Of a stretch of DNA of 64,000 nt, positions 26,751-40,149 are shown in pieces. The stretch is from Chrysomallon squamiferum. Taxonomy: Eukaryota > Animalia > Mollusca. Numbering within the stretch: the stretch's first letter is position 1; every line of letters begins with the position of its first letter. The notes under the pieces are model-generated. The model did not search any database. It was not told the origin of the DNA and worked only from the letters and a program-made list of their open reading frames with translations. Location: NCBI GenBank assembly GCA_012295275.1, contig CM022671.1, forward strand, positions 16,678,001-16,742,000, given 5' to 3'. The position numbers and the translations under genes are program-made.

Positions 26751-29554
26751 ATGGCTGGTATGTTTTGTTTATTTATTGTTATCACTGATATTATGAGTGT
26801 TTGTTTGAATATGTGTGTAAAATTTTCGAGGTATGTTAATGTGGTCCTTTGTTGGTAAAATTAAACACTTGTAGTATATTTTGTATACATTGATGAAAAA
26901 CAGCTTGTTTTCTTATAAATTTTGAAAATCAGGTGCCACAGCTTGTTCAAACAGTGTTGAATATGTTTGCTATTGGTGGGCATTTCAGTTACAATAGAAG
27001 ATTTTTCTGATTAAAAATAAATAACCATTATTTTACACACACACACACGTGCATATTGATTCTTAATGTATTTTGTTGGACATTCCAATTTAAATTAAAC
27101 TTTAAAAAAAAAATTATAATCTGTGAATTAAGTGCAGAGCTGTATAGTGTATTGAAGAAATATATGTATAATGTATTTGTTTTAATTTAGATGAATATAG
27201 CCTGGAGGAGCTTGACAGCTTTCCTTGAAGAGGATTCCACTGATGAAGATGTACCTCAGACTCTGGAAGAGAACAAACTTGGTGATTTAGCATTTATTTT
27301 AGCAGCATCAGCAGTGTCTTACATAGCACTTTATACAGAACTGGAATTTTTATATCCATCAATCAAATACTGTTCTACTGCTACTTCTTCTATAGCTGCA
27401 TTACAGTTTTTGCTGTTATTACTACTACTAATAATACAGCTACCTTATTAGTATTACTACCACTACATCTATTACTATTTCAACTACTATAACTATTACA
27501 ACTATTATATCATTACTAGTACCATTACAGTGATTACTACTACATTTGTTGCTACTTCTACTTCTATTATTATTACTATTACTACTAATGTCATAACTAC
27601 CATTAATACCACACAATTTTGATTTGATTTTCGTGATTTGATTGTTTTTTTATTTGTTTATTTCATTAGGAATAATCATTTAATTTAATTTTTTTTTATT
27701 ATTATTATTTTTTTTTTTTAGAATCCACTAATAAGCAATTGGAATCTGTACCAACAAAAAGTCTTGTTTCAAGTCCACATGAGACAGAACCATGTCTGTT
27801 TGATACTGACAAATCGGAAAGGATTGTAAACTCAGATGGGGTAGTTTTTGAACATCCAGAAAAAACAAAATCAACAGAAGAAAGAAACCAAGTTCCAGAC
27901 CATTGTAGTAAAAATAATTTATCCAAAATATTTGAAATGGAGGAATTTCATGACAGTGATAGTGATATGGATGGTTTGTTCTTCAACAGTTTAAATTTGT
28001 TCAGTTTTTTTTTTGTTTTCAACTTATTATTTATTTCCATTAACTTTACAAATACCTTATTCTGTCTCTTTTCTTTTTCTTTTTTTTTTTTTATGTTTTC
28101 TGATAAATGATTATGGTATGGAAATAAAAAAATAAAAATTACAAGTGAAAAATATTTAAAATGATTCAATGTGATCTAGCTGGAACTGTCAATGTTAAGT
28201 CATATTTGAATTACATACGCAGGTGTTGTGCATTTAAAATCCACAACAAATAAACTCCACTAAACTTCAGTTTAACAGCATTTTTTTTTTTCTAAATCTG
28301 AACTAAATATATATAATTTTAAGATAAGTGTGTTTTTGAATATTATATATGTATGATTATTTTTAAAGATAATGATAAATATTTTGAATAATTTTTAGAT
28401 GCTGCAAAAGAAACGTTAACAAACGAGGGAAAGGAGATTAAGAAATTAATGGAGTCTGAGACTAAAAGAAATTCACTTGATATTCATGACATAGCTCAAG
28501 CAGAAAGGCCATCATGTAAGTTTTTCCTTTTCAGTTATCTGTCAAAATAGCAAATACCATTTAAAAATTATTAATTTCAGTACTAGCTCTGAATAACCTT
28601 TTTTAATGTAATATTGTCAGTGTAAAAACTGCTCATATCAATAAAGAGTATAAGTTTGTTTTAGAGTATTGCTATTAATTGGGGTAGATCAATCTTAGAG
28701 CTAGAATACTGGACTAAGACAGAATGGATCACAGCAACAATTTTTAATGTGTTAATTTATAAAAAGCCATGGTGTGAATGTTCCTGTCTATGGAAAGGTG
28801 CATATAAACAAAATCCCTTGCTGCTAATCAAAAGATAGTATTGTAATACATAGCAACTTTAAATTTCTTCTATCTCTGTCTGTTCTTAACTATTTGTGTG
28901 ACATATTGTAATAAATTAATAAAATATATTTAGTGTTTCTTTTTGTCATCAGTGTTATTTTGAATGTGTTTTTATTATTTTTTTTACAGAGAAGTAAAAA
29001 AATCTCCAGGATTTAGTAACATATAGTTGTTTATATTTTTATTAATTATTGGTGTTAATTTTTCCTTTTTAAAAAAAAAAATTGACATTCAAAAAGCTCA
29101 TAAATTAATAACTTAAGTTTAGGTGCGTTTTTTTCATCAATGTTAATTTTTATAATAATTGTTTTCTTTTCTACATGGAATTCAGAAAGGTCAATAAATT
29201 AATAACATTTTTTTAGTGTTTCTTTTTCTTTCTTTTTTCATATTTTTTCAGGGAAGTCAAAAAACTCCATCTCACAGACAAATGTTAAGAAGAATGCAAG
29301 TCAGTCAGATGAAAAATTTATCACAGATTGTTACACAGGATTAAGAATTGTGTAAGTATTTTTTTCATATTCTGAAATGTGGCAAACATGGGTCTGTTTA
29401 ATGGAGGGTCATGTAAATTTTTAGGATGATGTGTTTGTTAGAGTAATGTTTAAGAAGGTTGTCTTTAATTTGTAATTGTTCTTATTACAATTACTCCTCA
29501 TGTGTTAGCTTTGTTAAGAGTATTGTTTATATGTAATATGTTTTATACGGCTTA

Positions 29555-29595
<41 letters not shown>

Positions 29596-32500
29596 ACATA
29601 TATGTAAACATACGTACTTACTTTTACAGAAAGCCATTGATATCATCCTCTGAACTGGCCAGGAAGGTACATGACAGAAGAGTGATAAAAATGTCAAAAC
29701 TTCATCTTAAAATAAAAACAACTGAAGTTCAGTCCAACTGGGTGACCATTGGCGTGGTAGTGCACAAGTTAGATTCCAAAATGTCTGCAAATGTGAGCAT
29801 TTTGTTAATGATTTCATTGATCAGTTTGTTGATTATTGCCAGCCATTAAACACTTAGTTTGGTATTTTATTTCCAAAAGTAAGGAGTATGTAAAATTAAA
29901 CTATTGTTTAACTTTAAAACAAAAATAATTAATGTGGATAATTCATTGCTTTGAATATATTTCTGTTTCTTCTTATAGTTATTATTGATGTTGTTATTGT
30001 TGTGGTTACTATTATTGTTATTATTTTTGATTTTATAAAACATAGGGCAAGGTGTATACTATTTGGAAGTTATCTGACTTGGATGACTGCACTCATGTTG
30101 TATCTTTTTTCCTGTTTGGACAAGTTTACAAAGAGCATTGGAAGACAAGCTTGGGCACAGTTGTTGGTCTCTCAAATCCAACCATCATGGACAGTGCTGA
30201 TAAGGTATCAGATTTTAAGCATTTTAATATTAATTTCTTTAAACTACTGTTCCACATCAAAATTATGCACAGTTCTAGCAACATTCTTTTAATAATTTGT
30301 ATGTAATGTAACTGGTGTCGTCTTTGAAATCAAAAATCTGTTGAAATTGTGATATGTGTGATAGTTATCCTTGGGTGTAATAAATTAAAATAAATATTTA
30401 CAGATGTTAGGAAAAAGAAGGTGGGCATTTCAATCATGAATCCATATTGTTTTAGGAGGCCTGATTAAAATGTATAGAGTTTATTTTACAAATATTATGC
30501 TTCATAATGACAGTATTAAAAAGTATTATGTTACTTGCAGTCAAATTCGGATGTGGCCATAACCATCAACAGTCCACATCAGCTGTTAATAATAGGACAC
30601 TCTAAAGACCTTGGCTGGTGTCGTGGCAAAACAAAGATGGGAAACGCATGTTCCAATTTTATCTCCAAGTAAGATAATTACCTGAATGAATGGTTAACAA
30701 CATTTTTTAATATTTTAAAATAGGAAAAAATAACACTCAGCTGGGAATTTCTATTTACTGATGGATGGATGGATAATTGGGTGCATTTATGCATTTATTT
30801 ATTTATTTATTTATTACTTATTAATCATTATCATATGAGTTTTACATATTGACATATGGCAGTAAATCTGCAGCTGCCATTCCTTTTATTTAAGTAAGTC
30901 TAAATTTATTTTAGATGAGAGACATTTGAAAAGAGTAACGAAAAGGTCTTCTAAATAAATTAATTTTTATTTTTTTATTTTTTTTAATTACTATTTTTAT
31001 TGTGTTTTTATTATTTCAGAAAATTTGGAGACTACTGCCCATATCATGTACAAAAAGCTTATAGCAAAGCTGCTGCTAAGCGATCTGAACTGCAAGGCAG
31101 GTTGGTTTATATTTTAATAAATACAGTTATACAAGTAATGTTAATATAGGTACTATTCTAGGATATGTACTGTATGCTTTTTATTTACTAATACCCATTC
31201 AAGAATTTAGTTTCAGAAATATAATAATAAAGTGAATTTTGCTTGTTTCTTTGAAACTAATTCAGAGACAAAGGTAGATTATGAAATTTAAAAGATGTAT
31301 TACAATTTATATTTTTGAAATAAGCTTTTTAATAAATCTTTTTTTCTCTTATTTTTTTTAATTCTAAGTAAATGACACAAGAATGTTTAATTAAATTTTA
31401 TAATAAAAATTATGGATTAATTTTAAAAAGTAAAATGTATAAAACAATTATGAAGTTTTGTTCTGATGACTGATGGTCTGTCTAGTTATATACTTCATTA
31501 CAGCTTCTTACATCACTTTGGGTTATTCATCAAGCTAATTGTTCTAAACAAAATCTTTAAATAATTCTATCTTGTACAGATTAATGATTTATAAAAGTTT
31601 TTCTAGAACTTGAAAATAGGACTTTGTTTAAATAGTTTTACAGGAGCAGCACCAAAATCATATGAACAAAAACTGATGAAGACAGGAGGACATTTTATTT
31701 ACGGTGGTCAGACATTTCTATCTAGGTAAAACAATATCTGCATTTTTAAATTAAATCTGATGTTACTTTTTAAAATTAATATTCTATTGATATTTTTTTG
31801 TGTTTTTTCAATTTTAAGATGGGTTAAAACAACACTCAACTTGGAGATTCTACTTCCTTTTTTTATCATTTTTATTTATTTATTACATAGCCTAAGCATC
31901 ATTGGCTCATTAAAAATATATTTGACATGTAGATTAAATTACTAACATTGTTAGTGTATCAATAAATTACTTGTTTAGACTAATTTTAACTGTATTACAA
32001 GGCATCTTGTCTTATCCAAAAAAAAAAAACCAAAAATTTAAATAAGAACTTGTCAATAGAAACTGTACTTTAATTCCTCTAATCTTTACAGTTCAACAAA
32101 ACCAAAGAAAAAAGCCAAGGATCAATTGACTGTTGGAAAACTGCAGGCTAAACAGCTGGATGGTAAAGAAGGAAAAACAATAACAACACTTCTCCTGAAC
32201 GACATTGCACCTTGCAAAACTGATGCACCACAAGAAAAGTCTGCAAAAGAGGGAGATAATCCATTGTTAGTTTAAATGTTTTTGAATTTAAAATACCAAA
32301 ATATCTTATGGTTCTGTTTCTGATTAAAGTTTCAGTATCTCTGCAATTTTTGATGCTGAATTATTAATGCAGAAAGTATAATTTATCAGTAGTGATAGAT
32401 AATACATATTTAAATAATAATTGTAGTTTAATTAGAAAAGTGAAGGGATATTGCCATAACAGCAGTCATACAGTTTAATTTACAGAATTGAGTGGAAATT

Positions 32501-35500
32501 ACCATAAAAAATTGTATGTATATTTTCTGATTTTGTGTTTATAAAAGACAACTTTTTTTTTATCTCATTTCTAAATAAAACATTTTTGTGTTTCAGTGTT
32601 GAATTAATCTCCACACCATCTGTTGGTTCGATGAATTTAGTGAAACATCTCATAAAACAAGAAATGAATGATAAAGGTATGGTTTCATTTAAGAATTAAA
32701 CTGAATCTTTTTTTTTTAAAGTTTTATGACTGAAATTTGTCAGCTTTTCAACTTCATAAATAATGGTTATTGATGTTGTGTTGATTTTTATATAATGGAA
32801 ATTATGATCAAGAAATATTTTGTCAACATATTCAAGTTCTGCAATATAGAATCATGCTTACTTTTGGAAAACTATTACCTAAACATCATGATAAATATGT
32901 TAAAGATATTAACAGAAAAGGAAATGATAATTTACAAATGAATTATTACAAATGGAAAAAAAATATTATTAAATCTTTCATTCTTTATGTAATTCATAAA
33001 ACAATTTACATATTTTATAATTAAAATAAAAATTTAAAAACATATGTGCATTTATTTTGTTTTCCAGTGCAGAAAGAAAAGATAGTCATCAGGTCGGTTA
33101 CTCCCAAAGAAATTTTACAGATGTACAAGAAAACATTAAAAGAGAAACAGCAAGAGAATAATTCAGTGGATAATAATCCGTCCTTGGTTAAACCAGTCTT
33201 AGGAAAAGGTTTTGGTCCAGGTTCTGACATTTTCCTGGATTCCAAACCTCTTCGGAAAACACTAAAATCAACAAATCAGAGTACAGAACAGGCAAAGGTA
33301 AACTTCGAATATTAATGTATACATAAATTTATTATTTTTTAAATTTAAATTTAATAAGTTTGTTGATTGGTAAGTTTTAGATTGTTTTTTTTTTTTTTTT
33401 TTTTTTTCTTTCACACACCTGTCTGAAGAAATAACATGCATTGATATATCTATTTTTCACTGTCACTATATCTCTGTGTGTATGTGTATCTATAAAATAA
33501 ACATGCTATACATAAGAATTCATTACTGCAGTAAATTAAGCAAGATATTAAAACTTCGATGTTTAATTTTAAAAAAAACAAAATATTTTAAATAAGTTCT
33601 AACAGAATGTACCTGTTGTCGACAGTTTACAATTATATTGATATTACATTGCTAATCGTATGAACTGAGCTTCAAATATTTTTCATTGTTTGATTACCCC
33701 AGAGAAAAGCCATACAGAAAGTTGCAGCTACGGGTGGCATAGCTAAAGAAAATCCTAATGCTGTGAGGAAACCAGCTGGTGATAACTCGAAGAAACGAGT
33801 AAGAAAATCTCTAGGTTTGTTTTTAATATAGAGTTTTGTTTTATCTGACTGTATTTCATTTACATAAAAATATTTTTTCATAAATCACATGTTTAAGTAA
33901 TTTTTTTATAAATTTCAGTATCCTGAACATAAAAATATCAAAAATGGTTTATATTATTTAAATATTTATTTTTAATAAAAAGTTTTATGTTAATAACATT
34001 TATAATGCTTATACTTATAGCAGTTTCGGTGAATGTTACATTTTGATTGTCATTTTACTGAGAAAAGTTTTGTACTTTTCAGAAAACGAGCAAAAGACAC
34101 AGACACAGAGAGAGGAACCTCCTGCTAAACGGTCAAAACTGCTTGGAAATGTAGACCTGAAAATGGAAGAAATAAAAAAGTTAATGAAAAGTGGGTCATC
34201 TCATAAAGGAGCCTTAGCAGAGGTAGGGGAACTGTAGACTTTGTGTAGCTTTGTCAGTCCATTTATCATTGATTTGATTTGTTCCAGTAGCTTATTAAAT
34301 TATAATGTGGGATTATCAATGACATGACATTTCAGTAGATAAATATTTAAGTTAGAAGTAATATTCTATTTTATTCAAAAAGAAAACAACAATTAGAAGC
34401 TTTATGGATTTTAAATTTTTTTTTTTTTTTTTTTTAATTTTTGGATTATAATTGTTTCATATATGAATAAACAAAAGTTTTAATTGTGAATATTCAGTTA
34501 TAGTAAATGATAAATACAGACTGAAAATTACTCCACAGAATAATGCTTTGGTATGCTTTATTTATATGTTCATTTGTGTTTTTTTTTTGTTTTTCTTTAC
34601 ACAAAACTTTTTTTTTATTTTATTTTTATTTTAAAAGGAATAATATGTAACTCTACGTTTTAGTGATTTATACTATTGGATAATTAACAGAGCAAATATG
34701 AATAACTTTTTGTACTAATTTTAAAAGTTCTTGTTTACTTATAGATAGAAGCTGAAAAAGAAGAAAAATTGTTTAATGAACTTGAGAAAAAAGAAAAGAT
34801 GGCAGAACAAATGCAGTCTATTACTGAGTTAAAAGTAACAGTAATTACATGTAAACAGGTAAGATAATATCAGTTTGTTGTGATAGCTATTTTATTTAAA
34901 CTAGAACAACTTGTCAAAGATTAAAATAGCATATACAATGCAGCTGATGTAGACCTTTTTTTTTTTATAATTGTGTCATTTGATCTTACATACATTAAAT
35001 TAGCAGCTTTTTCATTTTAAACATTTTTGTTATTGTGATGTTTTTTGCTTTTTTTTTAGATTATTGTAAATATTCTTAACGTTTTCCTTGTTATTTATAA
35101 TACTGTAACTGACCATAACTGATTTTGTTTTTCCCCAGTGTCAGTACACAGCATTCTCTGCTGCAGATAATTGCAAGAAAGAACATCATAATATTGTAAG
35201 ACATAAAGCTATAAAGAGATTCTTCATGTGCAAGGACTGCAAGACACGAACAGTCGCCATCACCAAATATCCACTGCATGCTTGCAAGTATGTCACCTTT
35301 TTATATACTCGAGTCACATTCAGTCTTTAACAAGATGTGGATTTACACATTTCTATTATCACTTGATCAAGAATCAAAACTCTGATTGTCCCGTGAATTA
35401 AACATGAAAAACAAAAACAAAAAACAACTGGTGATCATTGCTGTTGAATGTACCAGTGATTCAGACTGATTCAGACTGGTGATTCAAAGGGAAATGATTA

Positions 35501-36144
35501 ATTTTGCTAGTATTTTTCTTGCTGAGCACAGAATCAAAATATTTTAACTTTTTTTTTTTTTTTTCGTATCCATTTTTAAATATAATCTATACTGATATGT
35601 ATTTACCTTAAATAAATTCTGACACAAAGTAATGTAATAAATTAAAGGAAAATATGGTTTCAAATATTTCTCTTAGCCCTCATATTTATAGTATCAGGCT
35701 AATTTGTTTTACATAAATATTATGTTACTTATTTAAATACCAAGTCTTTTTCATTACATTAACACATAATTATGTTTTGGATGATTGTTTTTGCACAGGA
35801 AATGCAACAGTGATCGATTTGAAAAAACATCCATGTACAAGGTAATAAATTTGTTTCTCAATTTACCTATTTCTAAATAGTTCACATAATTTAATTTTGA
35901 TGTTTGTTTGGACTGTTTCTCTAAACAAGAGATGGAAATTATTTATTTTTAAAGATTAAATAAGTTACACATGATAGTTTGTTTTATATAGCAAATGTTT
36001 TAGATGTAAAGGGAAGATTTTAAACACATTGCCTACATCTATTTGTTACAGGAAAAAGCTGGTCCTAAACTGGAATCTGAAATACTGTGTCTCAGAGGAG
36101 ATGAAATCAAATTTCTGAACAGTCTACAAGAGAATGTGTTTTGA
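26751..36144 (+). CDS. MCM10: DNA replication factor MCM10 (about 773 aa; apparent +1 frameshift in coding exon 2)
   Basis: Exons 26751-26757, 27191-27281, 27722-27973, 28399-28515, 29252-29351, 29630-29792, 30046-30204, 30541-30668, 31020-31100, 31636-31725, 32092-32265, 32597-32676, 33068-33297, 33703-33814, 34083-34222, 34745-34858, 35139-35287, 35799-35841, 36052-36144. OB fold (YTGLRIVKP...NWVTIGVVVHK...GKVYTIWKLSDL...VSFFLFGQVYKEHWKTSLGTVVGLSNP), CCCH finger (SKDLGWCRGKTKMGNACSNFISKKFGDYCPYHV) and C-terminal zinc domain (TCKQCQYTAF...CKKEHH...KRFFMCKDC...CKKC...LRGDEIKFLNS). Confidence 0.95.
28765..28935 (+). mobile_element. Degenerate SINE-like interspersed repeat remnant
   Basis: GCCATGGTGTGAATGTTCCTGTCTATGGAAAGGTGCATATAAACAAAATCCCTTGCTGCTAATCAAAAG resembles the body of an abundant gastropod SINE as I recall it. 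A second, more decayed candidate copy lies near 43515-43740. Recollection only. Confidence 0.45.
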
Positions 36145-38119
36145 ACTGGAGTTAATTTTACAGGTAAAAAAGTTTTTGTTCTTTATTTTTGTCGTTGCAG
36201 TTTTTTAAAATGTAAATGCCAGCATACATTTAGTAACAAATACATCAAATATGATATTTCTTTGTTATTAAGAGTAGTATCTTTAATAATCTACCAATGC
36301 TGTAGGTGTTTATTGAATTCATCCAAACAGGTTTTTAATAATGGAAATAAGAAAAATATATGTTAAGTCTAAAATTTTAAGCTTCACTAAATAGATTATT
36401 AATTTCAGTTTAGAATTTAGAAACTATTTAATTTATTTAAATGTTATTTGTATTGAATGGATGATTTAGCTAAAACATTTTAGATTTTTTTCTTCTTTTT
36501 TTTCAAACAGACTTTGTGGACACGTGTTCCTGGCTCTTGATTGCAGAAGAAAGTATAAAATAAACATTTGAAGAATGAATTTAGTGGATGTTTATTTTAC
36601 CAATTAAAAATATCTTTTTATTTTCAGACTGTGTATATGTAGTTTGAAGATATCATGTCTAATAAAGATATCATGAATTTTAAACTTACAGAATGTTTAT
36701 GAAAACAGTTATTTGTGAGAGATTTCATTTTATTACATGTTTATTGTGGATGGATTTTACATATATAAAATTATACAGTTGTACATGTGAAAGTAATGAA
36801 AGAATAAATTATATATACATTTACTTCCGTTGTTTTGTTTATGATATTTCATTAATGTTATTGCCATAATATTTTTTCTTTGCAACTTGGTGAAGCAAGA
36901 ATTCTTTTTAGTTTTAATTTTTATGTATCATTGTTTAATTTTATTTTTTTAGAGATGCATAGCAAAACAGTTACTTTTAAGCAAAGTTGTTGTCAAAGTT
37001 TGGTTATAAATTAAAAGCATGTATGTATGAAATGTGTGTGTGTGTATAAAAAGTGGGGAGATGGACAACTTCTCAAAAATTAAGCAGGTATAAATTTTAA
37101 ATATTTAATATTTAAAAGTCTCTAATAGGCCTCTTATTCAACAAAACAGATTTTGCAGACTAATTCCTTTAAATAAGAAGCTAAAATATGAATTTTGTAG
37201 AACAGTGGCTACTGTCTGTAATTCAGCCAGTGCTAATTATGTCACCATGGTTGGTGGATGCATGTTTATACCCATACCATTCTGTGCGTCTTTGTGTTTA
37301 CCATTTAATGAATTATCATTATTATTATTACTATTATTATCATTATTATTACTATTATTATATTACTATTATTATTATTATTATTATCAACATTATTATT
37401 AATAAAAAATTTCACAACATCAGAAGTAACAAGATACATTTATATAAAATTATCTTGGGTTTATAACATTGCAGTGCCTTCTGCTTGTCAGCAAAACTTT
37501 GCTTTATTAAAACAATTTTTCTTCTTTGTTATTATTTCTTTATTTTGTATTTATTATTATTATCATTTAATTTTTATTATTTATTATTTTCATTTTTACT
37601 TAATTATAATTATTTATTTTAAATATTTTATATAAAATTAAAACTACCGGTATGAAATACTAAAATATAATTTTTGAAGATTCCAGTGAACTGGACATTT
37701 GGGATCAATGAAGTGTCCTTTGCTGTTAATGTATCTACAATATCCATGTTTGTCTCTGTGAGTGTATATGTATGTGTTTGAGGGAGGGCATCGTTTTCTT
37801 TGATGTGGTATTTTTAAACGGCCTATTTTATATAATTCAGTAAAATAATTTCTCGGAATGTTTGTGCTATTATGGCTATTAAACAATAAATAAGGGGGTT
37901 ATTTGTAAAATGAAAGAAGACAGGTTTAAATTTTAAAAATCTATTCAGCATAATTGACCGTTTTTGTTTTTTTTACAATCATTTTCAAATATTCTGTTAT
38001 TCTTTTTACCTATTTCCTTTTTTTGTTTTATTTTTGAATTTTCATTTACATGGGGCAGATCCTGCTTTTGTGATGAATCTAGGGAATTAAGTCCCAGAAA
38101 AAAAAAAAAAAAAAAAAAA

Positions 38120-38760
38120 CCAGGAAAAAAGTCACAATTTTTAATTAAGAAATATATTAGCAGTGAAAAATAGATCAAACACATTTTTGCAGAGATTTTG
38201 TTAATGTTCTTTGGTTTTAATGTTGGTGGTTTTGGCAGATGTTCCACCCAATACCTCGAAGAATATCTGGCCTGGCAGCTTGATCTTTCATACAGTTGCA
38301 TATTTTGACATGGGTCTGATCACAGGGCTCTTCTGGGTGTTTTGTCTGTAAGTCTATTACCACAGAACCTTGACAATTACCACTAGATCTTTTGATGCAT
38401 TTCCACCACAACTTTGTTTTGCGAATTGTATGTTTAGTGTACATGAACCCCTCATATCATATTTTGTTACCACCCTTATTGCTATGAATAACTTTCATAT
38501 TAAACACTTCTGATACTACAGCAAGCTGGAGAATATATAGTGAAACACATTTTAAACTGGGACATTTTATAAATTATTTACAATAGGAAGCCCTTAGTTT
38601 AAATCTGTCCTAATCAGTAAGGTAAACCCAAGCTAGTGCCAATATAAAGCCCCTTTCTTTAATCTAGCCTAATCAATACACTTAAGAATTACCCCATGCA
38701 TACTATGATGCCACATTCAAAACGCTACAAACCCATACATTTAGTGACTTTTTTTCCAGT
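38120..38760 (-). pseudogene. Decayed Mutator-like (MULE) transposon fragment encoding a FLYWCH zinc finger
   Basis: Minus-strand reading from ATG 38498: MKVIHSNKGGNKI*YEGFMYTKHTIRKTKLWWKCIKRSSGNCQGSVVIDLQTKHPEEPCDQTH, a FLYWCH-type layout with one in-frame stop. It is flanked by inverted motifs GGAAAAAAGTCAC (about 38123) and GTGACTTTTTTTCC (about 38744). Confidence 0.65.
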
Positions 38761-40149
38761 CACTGTCCGAACACCCTGGATCCTACCCTCTAAATTCATC
38801 CCAGATTATCTATTTTTAAGAAATTCACCCTAACAAAATAAACTGATGCTTGATATCATTCTTCTTTTAAATATAATAAATTAGCGTAAGATTTCGAAGT
38901 AGGGATTCGCCGTTGCTTAAAAAAAAAAAAAAAAAAAAAATGATAGCGAGCACCCCTAGCATTGCTAATTATAGAGAAAGCTAAAAACGCCTAGCAGGAA
39001 ATAAAATGATTCATTTATGTCCATTGCAAAAACATAATAATTGACATGAAACTATATCTTAATTATTTTGGACTTGTTATTTGGACGAATAATTCCATAG
39101 TTTATATAACTCTGTTTCTGTTGACGTTCCTTGCTTGTATTTTACAGTTGTTTCGATTGTGGTCGGTAATCAATTGGACCTTGAATAGTTTGTAAACGTC
39201 GCACTTTTCGTGTACGAACACGTATTTATCTTGAAATGGTAGTATATTATGACTGAAAAAATACGTTTTCTTGAGCATTCGGTATATTATAGGTAGGTTG
39301 ATAGCTATACACCATTAAATTTAATTATTCTAACATTTGTTGTGACATACGTCTCACGGTTATAACTTTAGGTTACTTAGGTAATCCACCGCCTGTGGCA
39401 CAGGCTCTGTCCCATATTTATTCGAGCGAGCGGGAACATGCATTAATATTAATAGTAGTAATAATAAACCATTCCCAGCACAATAAATTAAATATGAATA
39501 ATAAAATAAACAACAACTAACAAACGTCTCTTTTTCAAAATGTTTAATGTCTATATAACATTGTTACGATTGTAATTAAATAAATTTCTAAACGATAGGA
39601 CATTTTTAGATTGACATTGCTTAGTAAGGATAAAAAACATGACGACATATTTTATGATTTTGGTAACTTTTAAAGAATTAAATATATTAAACTGTGTGTG
39701 TATGTATGTTGTTAACTACGCAGTTGAAGTTACAGTTTGTAAAAGTATTCATGCCTTGGTTTATAATGTTGTGTTTGTTATATGGGTATTGCTAACAAAA
39801 GGACTGCAAATAACAGTAACACTCATAATAGTATTATTAATACCTACAGTAATTTACACATAAAGGTACTGAATCAAGCTTGGGACTGGAGGTGCTCCAG
39901 ATTTCTCGATTTGCCAGATTTCTAGATACATATTTCTTTTTTAATCCATTAAAAAATCTTAAGTTACCTGTAGAAAATATGATCTATAATAAATAGGATG
40001 AAAATTAAACAAAGAAAAGAAAGAACATAATTTTATTTAAACGATATCTGTACAAATTAATACACTTCTTAAAACACTTAAATTTCTTACAACATTATTT
40101 TGATATTATATATATCAGATGAAAATTAAATAAAAATAAAAAAACATAA

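Noticed and set aside
39391-39405. Perfect palindrome GCCTGTG-G-CACAGGC
   Set aside because: A single 7-bp-arm palindrome can arise by chance in 64 kb; no further support.
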